NCBI RefSeq assembly: GCF_009914755.1 | Contig: NC_060925.1 | Source: the human T2T-CHM13v2.0 reference genome, Homo sapiens | DNA length: 64,000 nt | Strand: one strand, 5' to 3' | Shown here: piece after piece, positions 43,171 through 57,369 of the stretch | Position numbering within the stretch: position 1 is the stretch's first letter | Layout: each line of letters starts with the position of its first letter | Position numbers and translations under genes: made by a program | Notes under the pieces: model-generated | The model's input: only the letters and a program-made list of their open reading frames with translations | Database searches by the model: none | Told to the model about the DNA's origin: nothing

Positions 43171-45243
43171 ATTTGATATAATTACATATGTCCAACCAGG
43201 CTGCTTATAAATTGGCAGTCTGGAAATTCAAGGGAAAGCTTTCAATGATAATTTTTAGATTATAAATACAGTCTGTACATTTGTATAAGAGTGGTATCAG
43301 CTCAACATATTCAGTGATGGATATTATTTGATTATCTGTATTGCTCTGAACAGTTACAGTTTAAAAATATCAATCCATAATGGGGAGTATTTTCCATGCC
43401 ATGTATATTGAACTATTGTTCTTTAATACATGGCTAATTAAGTCTTTAACAGAAATCAGTACTCACTTCTTCCTTCAACTAAAGTTGAAAGCTTAGCTTA
43501 AAATGAATTACTTCATTCCTCAAAACAGCAAGTTAAATTTTTCAACTTGCTATTTTATTCATGTAATGCTGTGAAGTTTACCTGAAATTTTTAAAAGTGC
43601 ACATAGTATAAGAACTCAAAAGTTTTTGAATGAATGCTAAATTACATTGCCCTTCATCGAGTCATACATACATTTTCTTGCTTTCTTTTGTTTCTTCACA
43701 TTCACCTTCATTTCTTCAATTTCCACCTTACTGTATATGAGTATTGTATATTCATATGGTCATCTGATTTTGAAATAAACCCAGTGCACATAGCATAATA
43801 TGCTTACAGGTGAATTCATCTTCAACTTTCAACTCAGAAAATGCCCTATATTCTTTCCAATAGTAATACTCTGTAATGGCATGGTGGTTGGTTCTATCAC
43901 TATATTTAAGCAAAATAAAAGTAGCTGCTAAGGACTAACAATTTGCTAAAATGCTACTGTTCTTGTATTTAACAACTAATATGCTTGTCACAATAATTTA
44001 CTAATGGGGTTATTTAATGACCTGATAGGATTAACTTCTTTTCAAAGCAATTAATTACAACCTGAGTATTATTTATAGCTGGATAAAACTGGCTCAAACC
44101 AGCTTTGTGTGTTTGTTGATTTTATTTATATATGCTTGAAGGGGTGATAATTTTGTAGGTTTCCTAGAATATCCATTTGATAAATAATCACTAATTTCAT
44201 TGTAAAAAGTACAAAATATATTACTTTTATCTTAATTATAAACAATAAAACTAATGTTCAATAAAGGTATCATCCCTAGTTGTTCCCTCTGTTAAAATAA
44301 AATGCTTTATTTATTCTTTGCTTCCTTCCACCCCATAAATGTAAACTAGTATTAAGACCCATCATAAATGTAAAATTAATTAACAATGTAATGTCCCTTG
44401 TATATACTTCTCTACTATGTCATACAGTTTCTTCACACTACTTATCACTTTCTGTTCTGTGTGTTCCTGGAGAGGACTCAAGGTTCTTTCTCTCTCTCTC
44501 TTCACCCCTCCCCACCAACCTTTAGATTCTAGTAAAGCCTTCCTACTCAAAGGAGTAAATAAAACCTTACTACTTCACTAAGAAGAGGCTAAAGCAAAGT
44601 GAACTCACTTGGCTGACATGTTCCACCTTAGAACTTTTTCTGTCTTCACTATTTTTGTGTCAATGGGAAAAAAAATATCCTTTCAACTTTCAAAAGCGAA
44701 CATTTCTGCCTATGTTCTTCTTTTCTGGTCTCTTCCTGTTTTGCTCACTCCCCGCTTAAATTTAATTATCATCTCAAACATCTGTTTTCTACTCACTTCT
44801 TTATCTTGCCATAAAATGTGTTTATATTTCTATATTAGGAAAACAAAACCCAACTGACAAACTCTCACCTCTTCTTCTCCCTTAAGCCACTGTATCATGA
44901 TTTACCTCTCCATAATTATTGTATGAGGTACCATGGAAGTTTGAGAAAACCACAGGTTTGGGTTTCTGGTTCTGTCCTATTACATATTAGAGGAGAAATA
45001 ATTTAGCATAATGCCAGTTATGTTTAAAAATATATGCTCATTTGATTTAACATATAGCATATATGTAGGTATACATATTAGAGTTGTAATGAACTCATTA
45101 TTACAAATTCATTTGAAGAGGGTAAACATAAATCCCAAGATCAAAGACTTGCCTACAGTGTTCTCTCCACCTCCTTCCCCCTCATTTTCTTGTGTGTATA
45201 CCAATTAGCCTACAATGGTAGAGACCATATGTTCAATTATTCG

Positions 45244-45297
45244 GCATTATGGAAACATATAGAATCGAGGAGGACTGATGTTATGTTTCCATAATGC
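45244..45297. repeat. Perfect 16-bp inverted repeat, 22-nt spacer
   Basis: gcattatggaaacata (45244-45259) / tatgtttccataatgc (45282-45297). Confidence 0.95.
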
Positions 45298-45837
45298 ATA
45301 ATGCATATTTTCCTCCCCTACTTTAGGAGAATACAATATTTAACTGTGACTATGGGAAAAAGTTAATTTTAGAGACCCATCTAGTTGATACTTGCCAAAA
45401 TAAGATAATTTTTAAATGTGTTAAGACATATACTACGCTTTGATAAAATAAAAAAAATATATAGAAATCCAGGAACAAAGCTCTATGGAAGAAGCAAACT
45501 TAAAGTCAATCAAATTACAATAAATATTGAAATTTCTCTTGCAGAATAACTTTATTGGTTAGTAAGAAAAAGGGAATGAATTTACATATCACTTTTATGA
45601 TGAACATGCATCTATGAAATAAATCTTCATCAGCTTTTGTAAAACAAGCTATATGTTAATTAATGTTAAGGAAATTTGCTTTTTAAAACTCCCCAATCTA
45701 ATATTTTTAAGTAAAAGATTTTCTTCTCCCATTCATCTCTTTTTAAATATGTATATACATACATACACACGTGTATATACACATATACACACATAATATC
45801 AAGTTTTATTTTAAAAAGTATATATTTTCACACATAG

Positions 45838-46174
<337 letters not shown>

Positions 46175-46257
46175 CCAAGTCAACTCTTTAGCAGGCTCAA
46201 TAGTATTCATGAATACCAGCTGTGTACATCAAACAGCTGATATTAAAACACAGTGCT

Positions 46258-46547
<290 letters not shown>

Positions 46548-46999
46548 TCATCATGTGGACTAACCTTTTTTTGCCCTATTATCATGAAAATCCCTCTAGC
46601 CACACAGATTCATCTAATATATGATCTGGTGAAAATAAGGATGGGGCAATGGCAACACCAAAACACACTATGAATAAATCATGTTGAAATAATATTCTTA
46701 GATACGGAATTAGAGCCTATTCATTTCAGTGTGTGTGAATATCACACTCTGTGGAATTGGTAGTCACACAGTTTCACTGGGCTATAATTTTTTCTCGTTC
46801 TGCATAGGGTGGTTATGAAAACTAAATATGTAATCTCGTCAATGCCATGGCATCTTACTGTGTGCCAATTTCAGTGAAAAGGTAGTTTATATTATTTCTA
46901 TTACTCCCAACAATCATGAACTATAACATACTGATTGCATTTAACTAGCTTCAAGATTCATACTAGCAAATAGCGAGGAGATACTGCCACTAGCATCAT

Positions 47000-47990
47000 T
47001 TGCCACAGCCAAGGATACCAAATCTACCTCTCCTGCCCACACTTCTCATATTATTTCCCCAGAACTAATCAGGTACACCTAAGAGCTTCCTGGATATTTC
47101 CACCAGGTTGTCACAAGGAATCTCAAACGTAAGAAGTCAGGAAAGATCTCATAATCTCCCCTTATTTTATTTTATTGGGTAATTGTCACCACCATCCATT
47201 TATTTGGTCAAAAGAAGTGTTGAAAACATCCCGACTTGTACCTATTTCTTAGATCTTTACCCTGCCTTCTCCTTCTGACTCCTGTCCTTCACTAACAGTA
47301 TCTAATCAGTAACCAAGACTCATTCATTGTATTTCCTTATGTTTGTTTCCTGCTCTCAGCTCTTGCAGCCCTACCTTTGGTCCTCAATTTTCTCTTGCTT
47401 GAATTATTCCAATAGCCACAATGTAAAAATCACCCAGTGCTGGTCTTGCTCTTCTCCAAACCATTTTCACAGTGCGACCAAACCTATCTCACTAATCTCT
47501 TACCTCTCACATCAAAATCCTTCATTTTCCACAGCACAAAGTAAACACTCAATAACTACAGATAACTAAACACATTTGCATTGCCATGTGAAGTCTCCTG
47601 AATCTGGTCCTGGTTTGTGTTTGTCCCTATTTGTCAGCACACGTCTCTGGAAGTGAAAACTCTAGCAAGAATATAGAGCTGTTACATATGACATTCCCTG
47701 TATCTGGGTGCACTCCTAATCCCTGCCCCAGCATGTCTCCTGAATTATCCTTTTCCTACAGAGGCTTATAGTCTAGGATGAATGAATAGAAATATATACA
47801 TGTAAGTGAGCAAAATTTTTTGGATGCTCTTATATTGTGTTATATATTGTGGGAAAAAAGGAATAGTCAAAGTCACAGATTAGAAAATATTTACATGTCT
47901 GTCTCCCCCAAAACTGTAAGCCTCTTGATAACAAGGTCACATTAATCACAGATCAGGAACTTGGTATTTACTGAATGAGTAAATGAAGTT
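47000..47990 (+). mobile_element. L2 fragments
   Basis: tatctaatcagtaaccaag, ctgtaagcctcttgataacaagg, and 3' end tatttactgaatgagtaaatgaa. Confidence 0.6.
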
Positions 47991-48138
47991 ATATAAGCAT
48001 TAATGTGGGTGAAATCCTTAGCATTATTAAAATTATGAGAATGAAGATAATTTATTTTATTACTACTTTAAGCACATGACTGTTGATATTTTATCAATGA
48101 TAAAGTTGGATTCTAAGGAAACTTATAAATATTAGATT

Positions 48139-48455
48139 TTTCAAATAGGATTTTAAGGTCATGAGGGCATATATATGTGTGTGTATGTGCATATATATGT
48201 GTGTATGTGTGTGTATATATATATAGCTATAGGTATAAAACTATTCAAAACATATATATGTGTGTGTGTACATATATATGTATAGCTATGAGTTTAGTAC
48301 TTTAAACTATAGCTTAAAGTACTATTTCAAATAGTATTTTAAGGTTGTGAGGGCATAATTAAGTAAAACACACACAAATATACATGCATATATTGTATAT
48401 CTACATAATATATATATAACTATACATTAGTTTTATACCTTGGGTATAAAAACTA
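48139..48455. repeat. Complex repeat: 33-bp direct repeats, (TA)/(TG) tracts and palindromes
   Basis: Direct repeats at 48139-48171 / 48325-48357 and a 30-bp palindrome at 48295-48324. Confidence 0.85.
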
Positions 48456-50038
48456 TAAGTCAAAAGTTTTCTTAGTCACTGCCTTATTTTGCTTCCTCTT
48501 ATTAGAGGTCTTAGTAGTCCAAAACCTTTAACCTCTTTAGGGAATTTTGCTTCTCATATAACTCGTTGATTTTAGGCTGCTTTCTGATCCTACAGAAACA
48601 AGGGTCTTCGAGTGAAAATAACTTTAAGATAATGCTGCCTTTATGAATTTTAGTTTTTCCTTACTCTGCCACCTCAAGCTTCCAGTTTTCAGAAAAAATG
48701 ACTATAAGTTGTAAAAGGCTGGAAGCTAGAACACATGCACGCACACACACATACACAGGGGAAAAGAGAGCATACTTAAATATAGTGGAAAGCAGTTGCA
48801 GAAAAACATAAGATTGCTTTACCACTAAAAGTCTAACACATTTCGGTCTCTACCACTGTAACAGAAAACCTCACAGATGGATCAATCACTAGAGATTAAT
48901 ACTCTGTCTTTTCTAAGTCCCATATGATCTCGTATTATCACCCAGAATGTTTCTGTCAGAAATTCTAGTAATATAGCTACCAAAACCACATTAGAATGGG
49001 AAAAAAGGCACAAACATAACATTGATTCAACTTGCCCTAGAGTACTCCATTAACCAAATATTTCTACAGTCAACAGGAGAGGAAAACAAACATGCACACA
49101 AAATCCCAATAATGTATTTACTTGACTGTGCCAGAGTGGTTTGCTTTAGAAAATAATTTGAGTCCATATACTTAAAATGTTTATATTTTAGTAATTACAA
49201 ATAGACATTAATATAATAAGTGATCATGCCTCCCATAAAATAACAATAGTATTTTTCATTATCAATCTTTTTTCACATTGTTGTTTTTATTTTTGCTTTT
49301 TCTTTTTGTGTTTTTCTAAGTATCACAAAGGCCAATCTGAATCCAGTTTAAGGCAAAAGGAATAAAAAATTGAATTAGTCAGTCTTGAATTTAATAAATT
49401 TTTACAATAGATCAAACAGATTTTGAACTAACATGTTTTGATCCACCACAAAAGAATGCATTTCTACCTAATCACATTATCTTCTAAATGAAGAAAAATC
49501 ACAAATTCTATTCAATATCCAGGTATTTTTCTTATTCAGTATTCAGATGAGTCTATCTTTAATTAATTTATCAGTAATACTTTTCCTATGGTTTTTAACA
49601 AATTTTGCTACATAACAAATGTGTACTTATTTGTTATTCATAGCAAGATGATGAATATGCTTGCATAAAAAGTTAAGGACATCTTCTAAAATAATTCCAC
49701 TGTACTGCCCTGAGCACCTTGAATAAAAGGAACTATGCTCTGGATGGCTTTTTGTTATTTCCTGGCTGAAGTCAATAGGTGCTAATTGTTAGAATTCATC
49801 ATGAAGAATCCAGAGGCAGAACAATAAAGTGAAAAGGAAAAGTTAAAGAGGTTTTATAGAAGTCCTAGCCTAGAGGCTAAGATAAATTTTTTTGTATATG
49901 TATATTTTCTTTTTTCTTAAGTTATCAAAAATTGATGTGAAAAATAAAACCATTCATTAATAGTGTTTAAGATATACTTTCAGAACCATCAGTCACTTCA
50001 CAGAAACTAATTTCAGTTCTCATTTATTCCTTCTGTGA

Positions 50039-50331
50039 TTTATTTTATTTTATTTTATTTTCAGAACCAGAATCTCACTCTGTCACCTAGGCTGGAGTTC
50101 AGTGGCACAATCACGGCTCATTGCAGCCTTGACCTCCTGGGCTCAAGTGATTCTCCCACTTCAGCCTATTGAATAGGTACATCCCACTCTGCATGGCGAA
50201 TTTTTTCTTTTTGTAGAGATAAGGTCTTGCTATGTTGCCCAGGCTGGTCTGGAACTCTTGGCCTCAGGCGATCCTCCTGCCTCACCCTCCCAAAATGCTG
50301 GGATTACAGGCATGAACTACCCTACCTGGCC
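50039..50331 (-). mobile_element. AluJ
   Basis: Diverged antisense Alu. TSD ccttctgtg at 50029-50037 / 50332-50340. Confidence 0.92.
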
Positions 50332-50854
50332 CCTTCTGTGTTTTAATTCTTGGTTGTGTGTGTGTGTTTTTTTTCTTTGATTACAAAATCAAGTATAAAG
50401 TTATTTATTGAAGATGTACTTTAAAAGGACAAAACACTACACTTTAGAAATAAAAACAGCAGCTTGTGTTAGTAATATTTAAAAAAAATAACACAAGCAT
50501 GGTATCAGGAAAACATATTTTTGGATACACCTTTCAAATAAGCTATTTGCTAAAACAGTAATTAAGGAGTGAGAAGCAAGGTTGGTTTCTCACCATGGGG
50601 GGTTTCACAAAAATTCAGCTATTTTAAAGTTCTAGTACAAAATAATCAGGGATAGCTATCTCTTCTGCTACCTATGTTGTTGTTCTTAAATTCCACAAAC
50701 AGATGCATGCATGCAAAACAAGTCAGGTTCTATTAGACAAAAGTTCACTTGATTTATATTTCAACTAGATTTCCACTTAAAATGTTTTTTCTTAAAACAA
50801 GAAGAAAATATAAGCAACTAATGTTCTTAAGTAATTTTTTGGTGCATCATCTGC

Positions 50855-51056
50855 TGAGCAAATCCGCCCTGCTACTCATTTTTTTAAATAAAGTTTTATT
50901 GGCACATAGCCATATTCATTTGTTTACATATACTCTAAGACTGCTTTCATACTACAAATGTAAAGAGCTGAATATCTACAAAAGAGACCATACAGCCCAC
51001 AACATACAAAATATTTGATATCTGTTCATTTATAGACAAATTTTGTAGACAACTCA
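50855..51056. mobile_element. MER58A-like hAT-Charlie element
   Basis: taaataaagttttattggcacatagccatattcatttgtttacata...gagaccatacagcccac. Confidence 0.8.
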
Positions 51057-51369
51057 CTTTATTAGTTAGAAATTTAAATATAAGATATTTTGCTATCTCT
51101 TAATAGTCCTCTCTATAATTTGCCAATTCAAAACTGGTCTTCATGCTGAATTTGGCCCTCTATCTTCATCCCTTTGGCATATAATCTAATTGAGGCCCTC
51201 AAAATATCAAAAAATGTGAATGCCATTTAATTTTTATAGGAGAGGTTCTTATTTTCTAATTCATCTTGTTGATTAATCATATGTTTATATACTTAAAAAT
51301 TTTTTTTATCTATATATTATCACTGCAAGTTTCTGTTGGTAACAAGCAGGCTGCAAATGAAAAGCAAAT

Positions 51370-52085
51370 GAAAAATCATTATATACTACTTACATCCATT
51401 AGGATAGCTACTATCAAAAAACACACAAAAACAAACTAGCAAATGTTGGCGATGATGTGAAGAAACTGGAACTTTTTTTCACTGTTGATGAAATATAAAA
51501 TGGTGTAGCTACTTTGGAAACAGTATGTTGGCTCCTCAAAAAGTTAAACAGAGTTGCCAAATTATCTAGCAATTCCACATATGGATGTGTGGCCAAAAGA
51601 GATGAAATCAAGGACTCAAAGAAATATCTGTATAACCTATGTTTGTGGGAGCATTATTCCCAATATCCAAAAGTCAGAAACCATCCAATGTCCATTGATT
51701 GATTAATGTTAAACAAAATGTGATATATACATAAAAAATTATTCAGTCTTAAAAAAGAATAAAATTGTGACACATGCTACAACATGAATGAAGGTTGAGA
51801 CATTATGCTAAGTGAAATAAGCCATTCACACACAAAATATATAATGTATGATTCCACCCATACTAGGTACATAGAATAGTCAAATTCATAGATTTGTTGC
51901 TTAATAGGTATAGTTTCAGTTTTGCAAGATGAAAAGAGTTCTGTGGATGAATAGTGCTGATGGTTGCACAACGATGTGAATGTACTTAATCCCACTATTC
52001 ACTTAAAGATGATGAAGGTGGTATATTTTATGCTATGTGTACTTACCACAATTTTTAAAAAAGAATTAATTTAAAATATTTTTTA
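51370..52085 (+). mobile_element. L1MB-family 3' end
   Basis: catccattaggatagctactatcaaaa...gtttcagttttgcaagatgaaaagagttctgtggatg...taccacaattt. Confidence 0.85.
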
Positions 52086-52149
52086 AGAAAGCATAAATAA
52101 ATTTTAAAAAATGATTAAATTCTGCCAACTTAATGTATTAGCCAAGAGT

Positions 52150-52340
52150 AGGGCTTTGGTTTCAGAGGGACCTCAGTTAAATCCAGGTTCTAGTACTTGA
52201 GAAGGTTACTTAATATCTGTTAGACACCATTTACATAAATGTAAAATAGAGATATGAATAATACCAATCCAAAATTACTTTGTGAGAATTAAACATGACT
52301 TTGCACAGAACTCAATAAATGTAGCTATTCTATTTATTAT
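52150..52340 (+). mobile_element. MIR
   Basis: gggctttggtttcagagggacctcagttaaatccagg...tgtgagaattaaa. Confidence 0.6.
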
Positions 52341-53016
52341 ATTTATATGCACAAAGTTCTTATTTTTAAAATGCATTAATTACTTTTCTAAATATATAAT
52401 AACCTCTTTAATTTTTCTGTAACATATAATTGCTAGCACACTGCTAGGTATATTGCAGAAGCTTAAAAATATGATCAACCAACTTTAAAATGTGATCAAC
52501 CAACAGTGGCATTAAAAGAGTAAGAGAAGTGGAAAAATACCTGACTGTGATACAATCTCCAAAGACAAAAGAAGGGCTATTTTTTCCTGTAAAATGGAAA
52601 CTTAACCAGGGAGAAATTAAATAGCAATCAGTTTTAAACTACAGTATTCTAGGAATGATAAATTTATTAGTAAAATATAAATGATAAGGCTCAATAGACA
52701 AAACTACCAAGTATTTTTTTTAAAAAAAGGAAAGAATAGAAACACAAAATAAGACTTTAAAGATCCAAAGCAGCAATTTTCCAATTAAATATTACTTTAT
52801 TCTCATAATGGATGTATTAATATAATCTTTGACTGATTAACCCAAATACCAATATCTTAATCTCCAAATTTAACTTATGAATTAAGAGTTGGATGCACAA
52901 CGTATCTCAGTAACAAAAGCAAAATGAACATCTGTTAACTTTCTGCCATGTAAGTTTGTGTATGGTGGGGGTGGGTGTGAACAGAGCCTCTGATGTGTAA
53001 TGTTCTTTCCATCTGC

Positions 53017-53030
53017 ACACCAGGTGGCAC
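53017..53030 (+). promoter_or_regulatory. Candidate CTCF core motif
   Basis: acaccaggtggcac matches CCACCAGGTGGCAC at 13/14, in non-repeat sequence. Motif match only. Confidence 0.35.
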
Positions 53031-54169
53031 TGCATGGTTAATCAGAAGATGACAACACACATCAAGATTCCTTACATATTTTGAGATAGGAAAGTAAATA
53101 AGTCAAAACGTTGTTTTAAAAATAAAACTTTCTTAGATGTCCACAGTATTAATGCTTAATAATGCATTTTAAGAGTTTATGTTTCTGACTTCATATTGTA
53201 ATCATTCTTGCAGTATTGTTTTTCCCATAAATTCCTGACATAACTTATAACAGTACTAAGTAATATGAGTTTAAGAAATAGAAAAGTAATATAACCAAAC
53301 TAGATTGTATTTGGGAAGGTGGGAACAATATGACTGTTTTGGACACCTCTTAAGCCATTCAAAGGCAAGATCTGAAGAAAAACTGATTTGATATAAATTT
53401 CAATTGCATTGCTTCTAAAATAGATTTACTTAAAATATTTAATGCAGTCCCTTAAAAGCTTTGGTCTTGCTTTAGAGTATACAGGTGTTAAGCACTTAAA
53501 GTCAAAAAAGCTGTTTAAATGACAGAGAAAGAGATTATTAGATCACTTTAATCCTGCTAACGAAAGATGGCATAGCTTAACTGGAATAAACAGGAAATAA
53601 GGAACGGATAAAACATAAATTATCCCCCAAAATTTCACATTTCTGTACTTTGGTAAGATTGTTCTAGAAAGAAATATATATCATATATGGAAATATGCCT
53701 AGTTTCCTCCAACTTGCATCAATCCCTGCCATTTCCATGCCATTTTCCTTTTCTCTTACTAACCCCTCTTTTCTTCTGTGTATGTCTTCTTCAGTTCACC
53801 AAACTTTACATAGCAGCGATTCGTAAGATAAGAGCTGTGTGGTTTGTAGTGTGAAAATAGCTATCCAACAGTACATCTCCTAGCTCTATTTGAAAACCAC
53901 TGTGTACTGTGCACATGAATACAATGTAGTCTTGAATTCTCCACATTTAGCTTCATTGAATTACAGTGGGCGGAGGGGAAGGGTTGTGTACTGTGATGTT
54001 CCAAAAGTCTTCTTGACAATATCCACTATCTCAGTAACTTCTAATTTTGTTAAGTATCCTAAAATTTATCCTTCAACATCAATATTCTACCTTTAGAGGA
54101 CAATGCAGACCTATAGTATGATTACCAAACGTAAAACAAAACAAAACATCATGATGATCCTAAGGACAA

Positions 54170-54534
54170 ATGTCATATGCTGAAGCCCTAATCTCAAACA
54201 TGATGGTACTTGGAGATGGGGCCTTTGGGATGTAATTAGTTTTAGTTAAACTCATGAAGGTGGGGCCCCCATCATGGGATTAGTGCCCTTATAGAAAGAA
54301 GAAACGTCAGAGGTCTTTCTCTTTCCATGCGGATAAACCAAGGAAAGGCCATAGGAACACACAGGGAGAAGGCAGACATCTTCAAGCCAGGAAGAGGGCC
54401 TTCACCAGAACCCAGCCATGCTGGCATTCTGATCTCAGACTTCTAGCCTCCAGAATTGTGAGAAAATAAATGTTTGTTATTGAAGCCACCCAGTCTATGC
54501 TATTTTGGCATAGCAGCCCAGCAAGACTAAGATA
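54170..54534 (+). mobile_element. MaLR LTR (MLT1A-like)
   Basis: tgaagccctaatctcaaacatgatggtacttggagatggggcctttggga...cagaattgtgagaaaataaatg...gactaagata. Confidence 0.85.
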
Positions 54535-54866
54535 ATACCCATAGTATATGTTCACTAATAACCCCTTCCAGGTTCAAATGATAATTATCTCCCACAAAAA
54601 ATGTAACTGGCAGCCATAAATAGCAGTTGAAAGACAACATTTTTCTTAGTTCAGTAATTTTCCAATTCTCTTATCAACTTCACTTTAAGAGTTAATTAAA
54701 CCATTGGAAACTACTAAAAGAAAATTAATGCTTAAACAATGAAAATACCAAAAAGAACTGTTTTACTTCTCTAATTTAGGTAACTACCATAAGTAAAATA
54801 TGTCTTTATTCCATGAAACATATATAGAAAAATATAATAAAAATTCCTCCATGTCTCCATCCAAAG

Positions 54867-54914
54867 AAATACAAAGAAGATAAACACAAAGAAGGTAAAT
54901 GCAAAGAAGATAAA
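54867..54914 (+). repeat. 15-bp minisatellite, 3 copies
   Basis: aaatacaaagaagat / aaacacaaagaaggt / aaatgcaaagaagat. Confidence 0.8.
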
Positions 54915-55744
54915 ATATTTTAAAATATAATTTGTGTTTTATAAAAGGTTTTTTAAAATAAAAAGAATATAAGCTGTATAATGTTAAAATAACCTTAGTG
55001 ATTAATAAATTATCTCCTTTTTTACAATAATACGGAAGACATCATGAGTTAATAGGGTTAATTAGAGTTAATAATTAATCAATACTTCAACAGATATTTA
55101 TTGATCATCTACAACATGTAAAGACTTCTACGAGTAGAAAAAGCCATGATTTTAAAAAACATTTCCTTATATCATCATCTTCATCACAAAACGCTCATTA
55201 AATACCCTAGCGAGTACTACCATTAAAAATTAACCAAAAATACTTAAAGAAAATATCTGATATTCAGCACAGTAATGTAATACTTGACATAATTATAAGG
55301 CATCAAAGTAGGAATGACTTAAGAGTGGCTTTGAGTCATTAATCAGAACTAATGAATATGTCTTTGCATTTTGTCAAAAACAAAAAAAGATAAAAGAGGA
55401 TGCTTGGAAAGATGCATGAATTTTAAGCAGTGAAGTAATCAAGTATAATCTCAAAATTTCTCAACAAGTTATTACATTGCTTTTCATTTCTTCCATTGTT
55501 TCTTTTTTTTCTTTTTCCAATTACTTAACTTCAAAAAACTTTATTGATGTTGTATTATGTGTTAAGAAATGTGCTGAAATTATGCAATTCAAGGATAAAA
55601 ACCAACACCAACTCTCATAAATGTTTAATATACTGTGTTTGTGTGGGTGACAGGGGAGGGATATATGCACACAACCAAAAATGACAAAAGGAAAACTATA
55701 TACTATAAATGACATATATTTCATTATATATGAACACAGAATAA

Positions 55745-55910
55745 ACTTTTCTTTTCTTTTCTTTTGTCTTCTTTTTTTGTCTTTTCTTTTTATTTATTTA
55801 TTTACGTATTTATCTATTATTTTTTTTTTTTTTTTGAGATGGTGCCTCACTCTGTCATCCAGGCTGGAGTGCAGTGGAACCATCTCACCTCACGGCAACC
55901 TCCCCTTCCC
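55745..55910 (-). mobile_element. Alu 3' fragment (about 75 bp) with a long degenerate T-rich tail
   Basis: gagatggtgcctcactctgtcatccaggctggagtgcagtgg...gcaacctcc. Confidence 0.85.
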
Positions 55911-57369
55911 ACGCTCATCTCCCATAATCAAACTATTTAGGAATCAGTGGCAGTTTGGTGAGCTTGGAATCAGAACAAGAAGATTCAGAGGTCTCTAAAA
56001 TAGACTTCTCTGTCTATCTTACGACCTGGGCTCAAAGAACTCCCGGTCCATTGATTCAGGTGCCTTAAAAGAGCCACTGTCAATATTGCTGATATTTCTG
56101 CAGGTTCCTTTTCTTCCTCAATACTTCTAAAGATGACCAGCCCCCATTGCCTGCTTCTGCAGATTAATATGTGCTTTCTATAGATATGTTAATATGATCA
56201 AAGAATAATTGCCCTACATCTATTTTATCTCCTTCTGGGGCTTTGCATGAACTCATTAAGTAATGATTTAATGAACTCTCAGCTGGAATTCTATTTCCCT
56301 CATTTCCAAAATCTTGGGAGCCATTTTACAATTACACCGAAGTACTTACAAGTGACAGTAGATTAAACAATATTACAAATTAAAAAAAGTAGATTGGCAA
56401 AATACTCAAGACTTGCTTTTTGCTTAAAATTAAGTCAGGTTTATTTTTTAAAATAATCTATTCATAGTTGTGGATAGTGACTAAACAATTTACATTTTTA
56501 TCTGGGGACAGAAGTAAAGCAAATGGTCTAAAAACTTAATTGCATTTTCCTCTGAATAAATAGAAAGTATACACAACTATGTACAATTTAAAAATTCCTG
56601 ATTAAGAAGCCAATTAAGAATAACTTTTATAGAGAATAATTCTGGCTTTGTGAAGGCATGAGAGATTTAACTAAAGGCCACTCTGTAGCAAATTTAATAC
56701 CACAATCTCTCGATGGATTTTTTAAATTATAATTATCTGTTATTTGTCTGTTATAATATTTGGGAATCTTCACATTTAAAAAAATATTATTTTCTGATGG
56801 TAACTAAAAGAAAACCAATTTGTGATAACAATGAGAAAAATGAGGCTAAATATAAAGACTAATTCTTCTTGAGTATCAGCTTACCCTCTTCAAGAATCTT
56901 AAGTGAGATGCTGAAATGTAGACAGAGTCATGTTGGCTTTGAGTCACAATTGAAGTATGGATATTTGCACTTGTTATTTTTTTTTTTACTTTCTTTATAA
57001 AACTCACTTTCCATGCTTTAGTTGCCATTTACTTCTTTTCTGTTACCTTTGATAGTCTTAATTTTCTTACCCATCAAAGAGTGTTAAGAATATCGACATC
57101 AAGGACCATTTTAAGAGTTAAAAGGATAGATCATGTTAAGAATTGAGCCTGGAATATTATTCACTGTTACTGCTATTATTACCAATATCACCACTGCTAA
57201 TATCACTATTCCTACTTGGAATAGTGTAATACCAAAATTATAATAATGTAAAATGTATTCCCCCTGGGTTTGGGCAATGTTATAATACTCCAAAATTGCC
57301 AACTTTGTTAAGCAACCTATAAATTTACTTTATTTTGGAAAACAGTCAAAAGAGTTGCATTTTAAAATC

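Noticed and set aside
43715-43732. 14-bp match (tcaatttccacctt) to about 11531-11544, both reading KVEIEE on the - strand
   Set aside because: A single 14-mer match in 64 kb of AT-rich DNA is expected by chance, and it does not extend.
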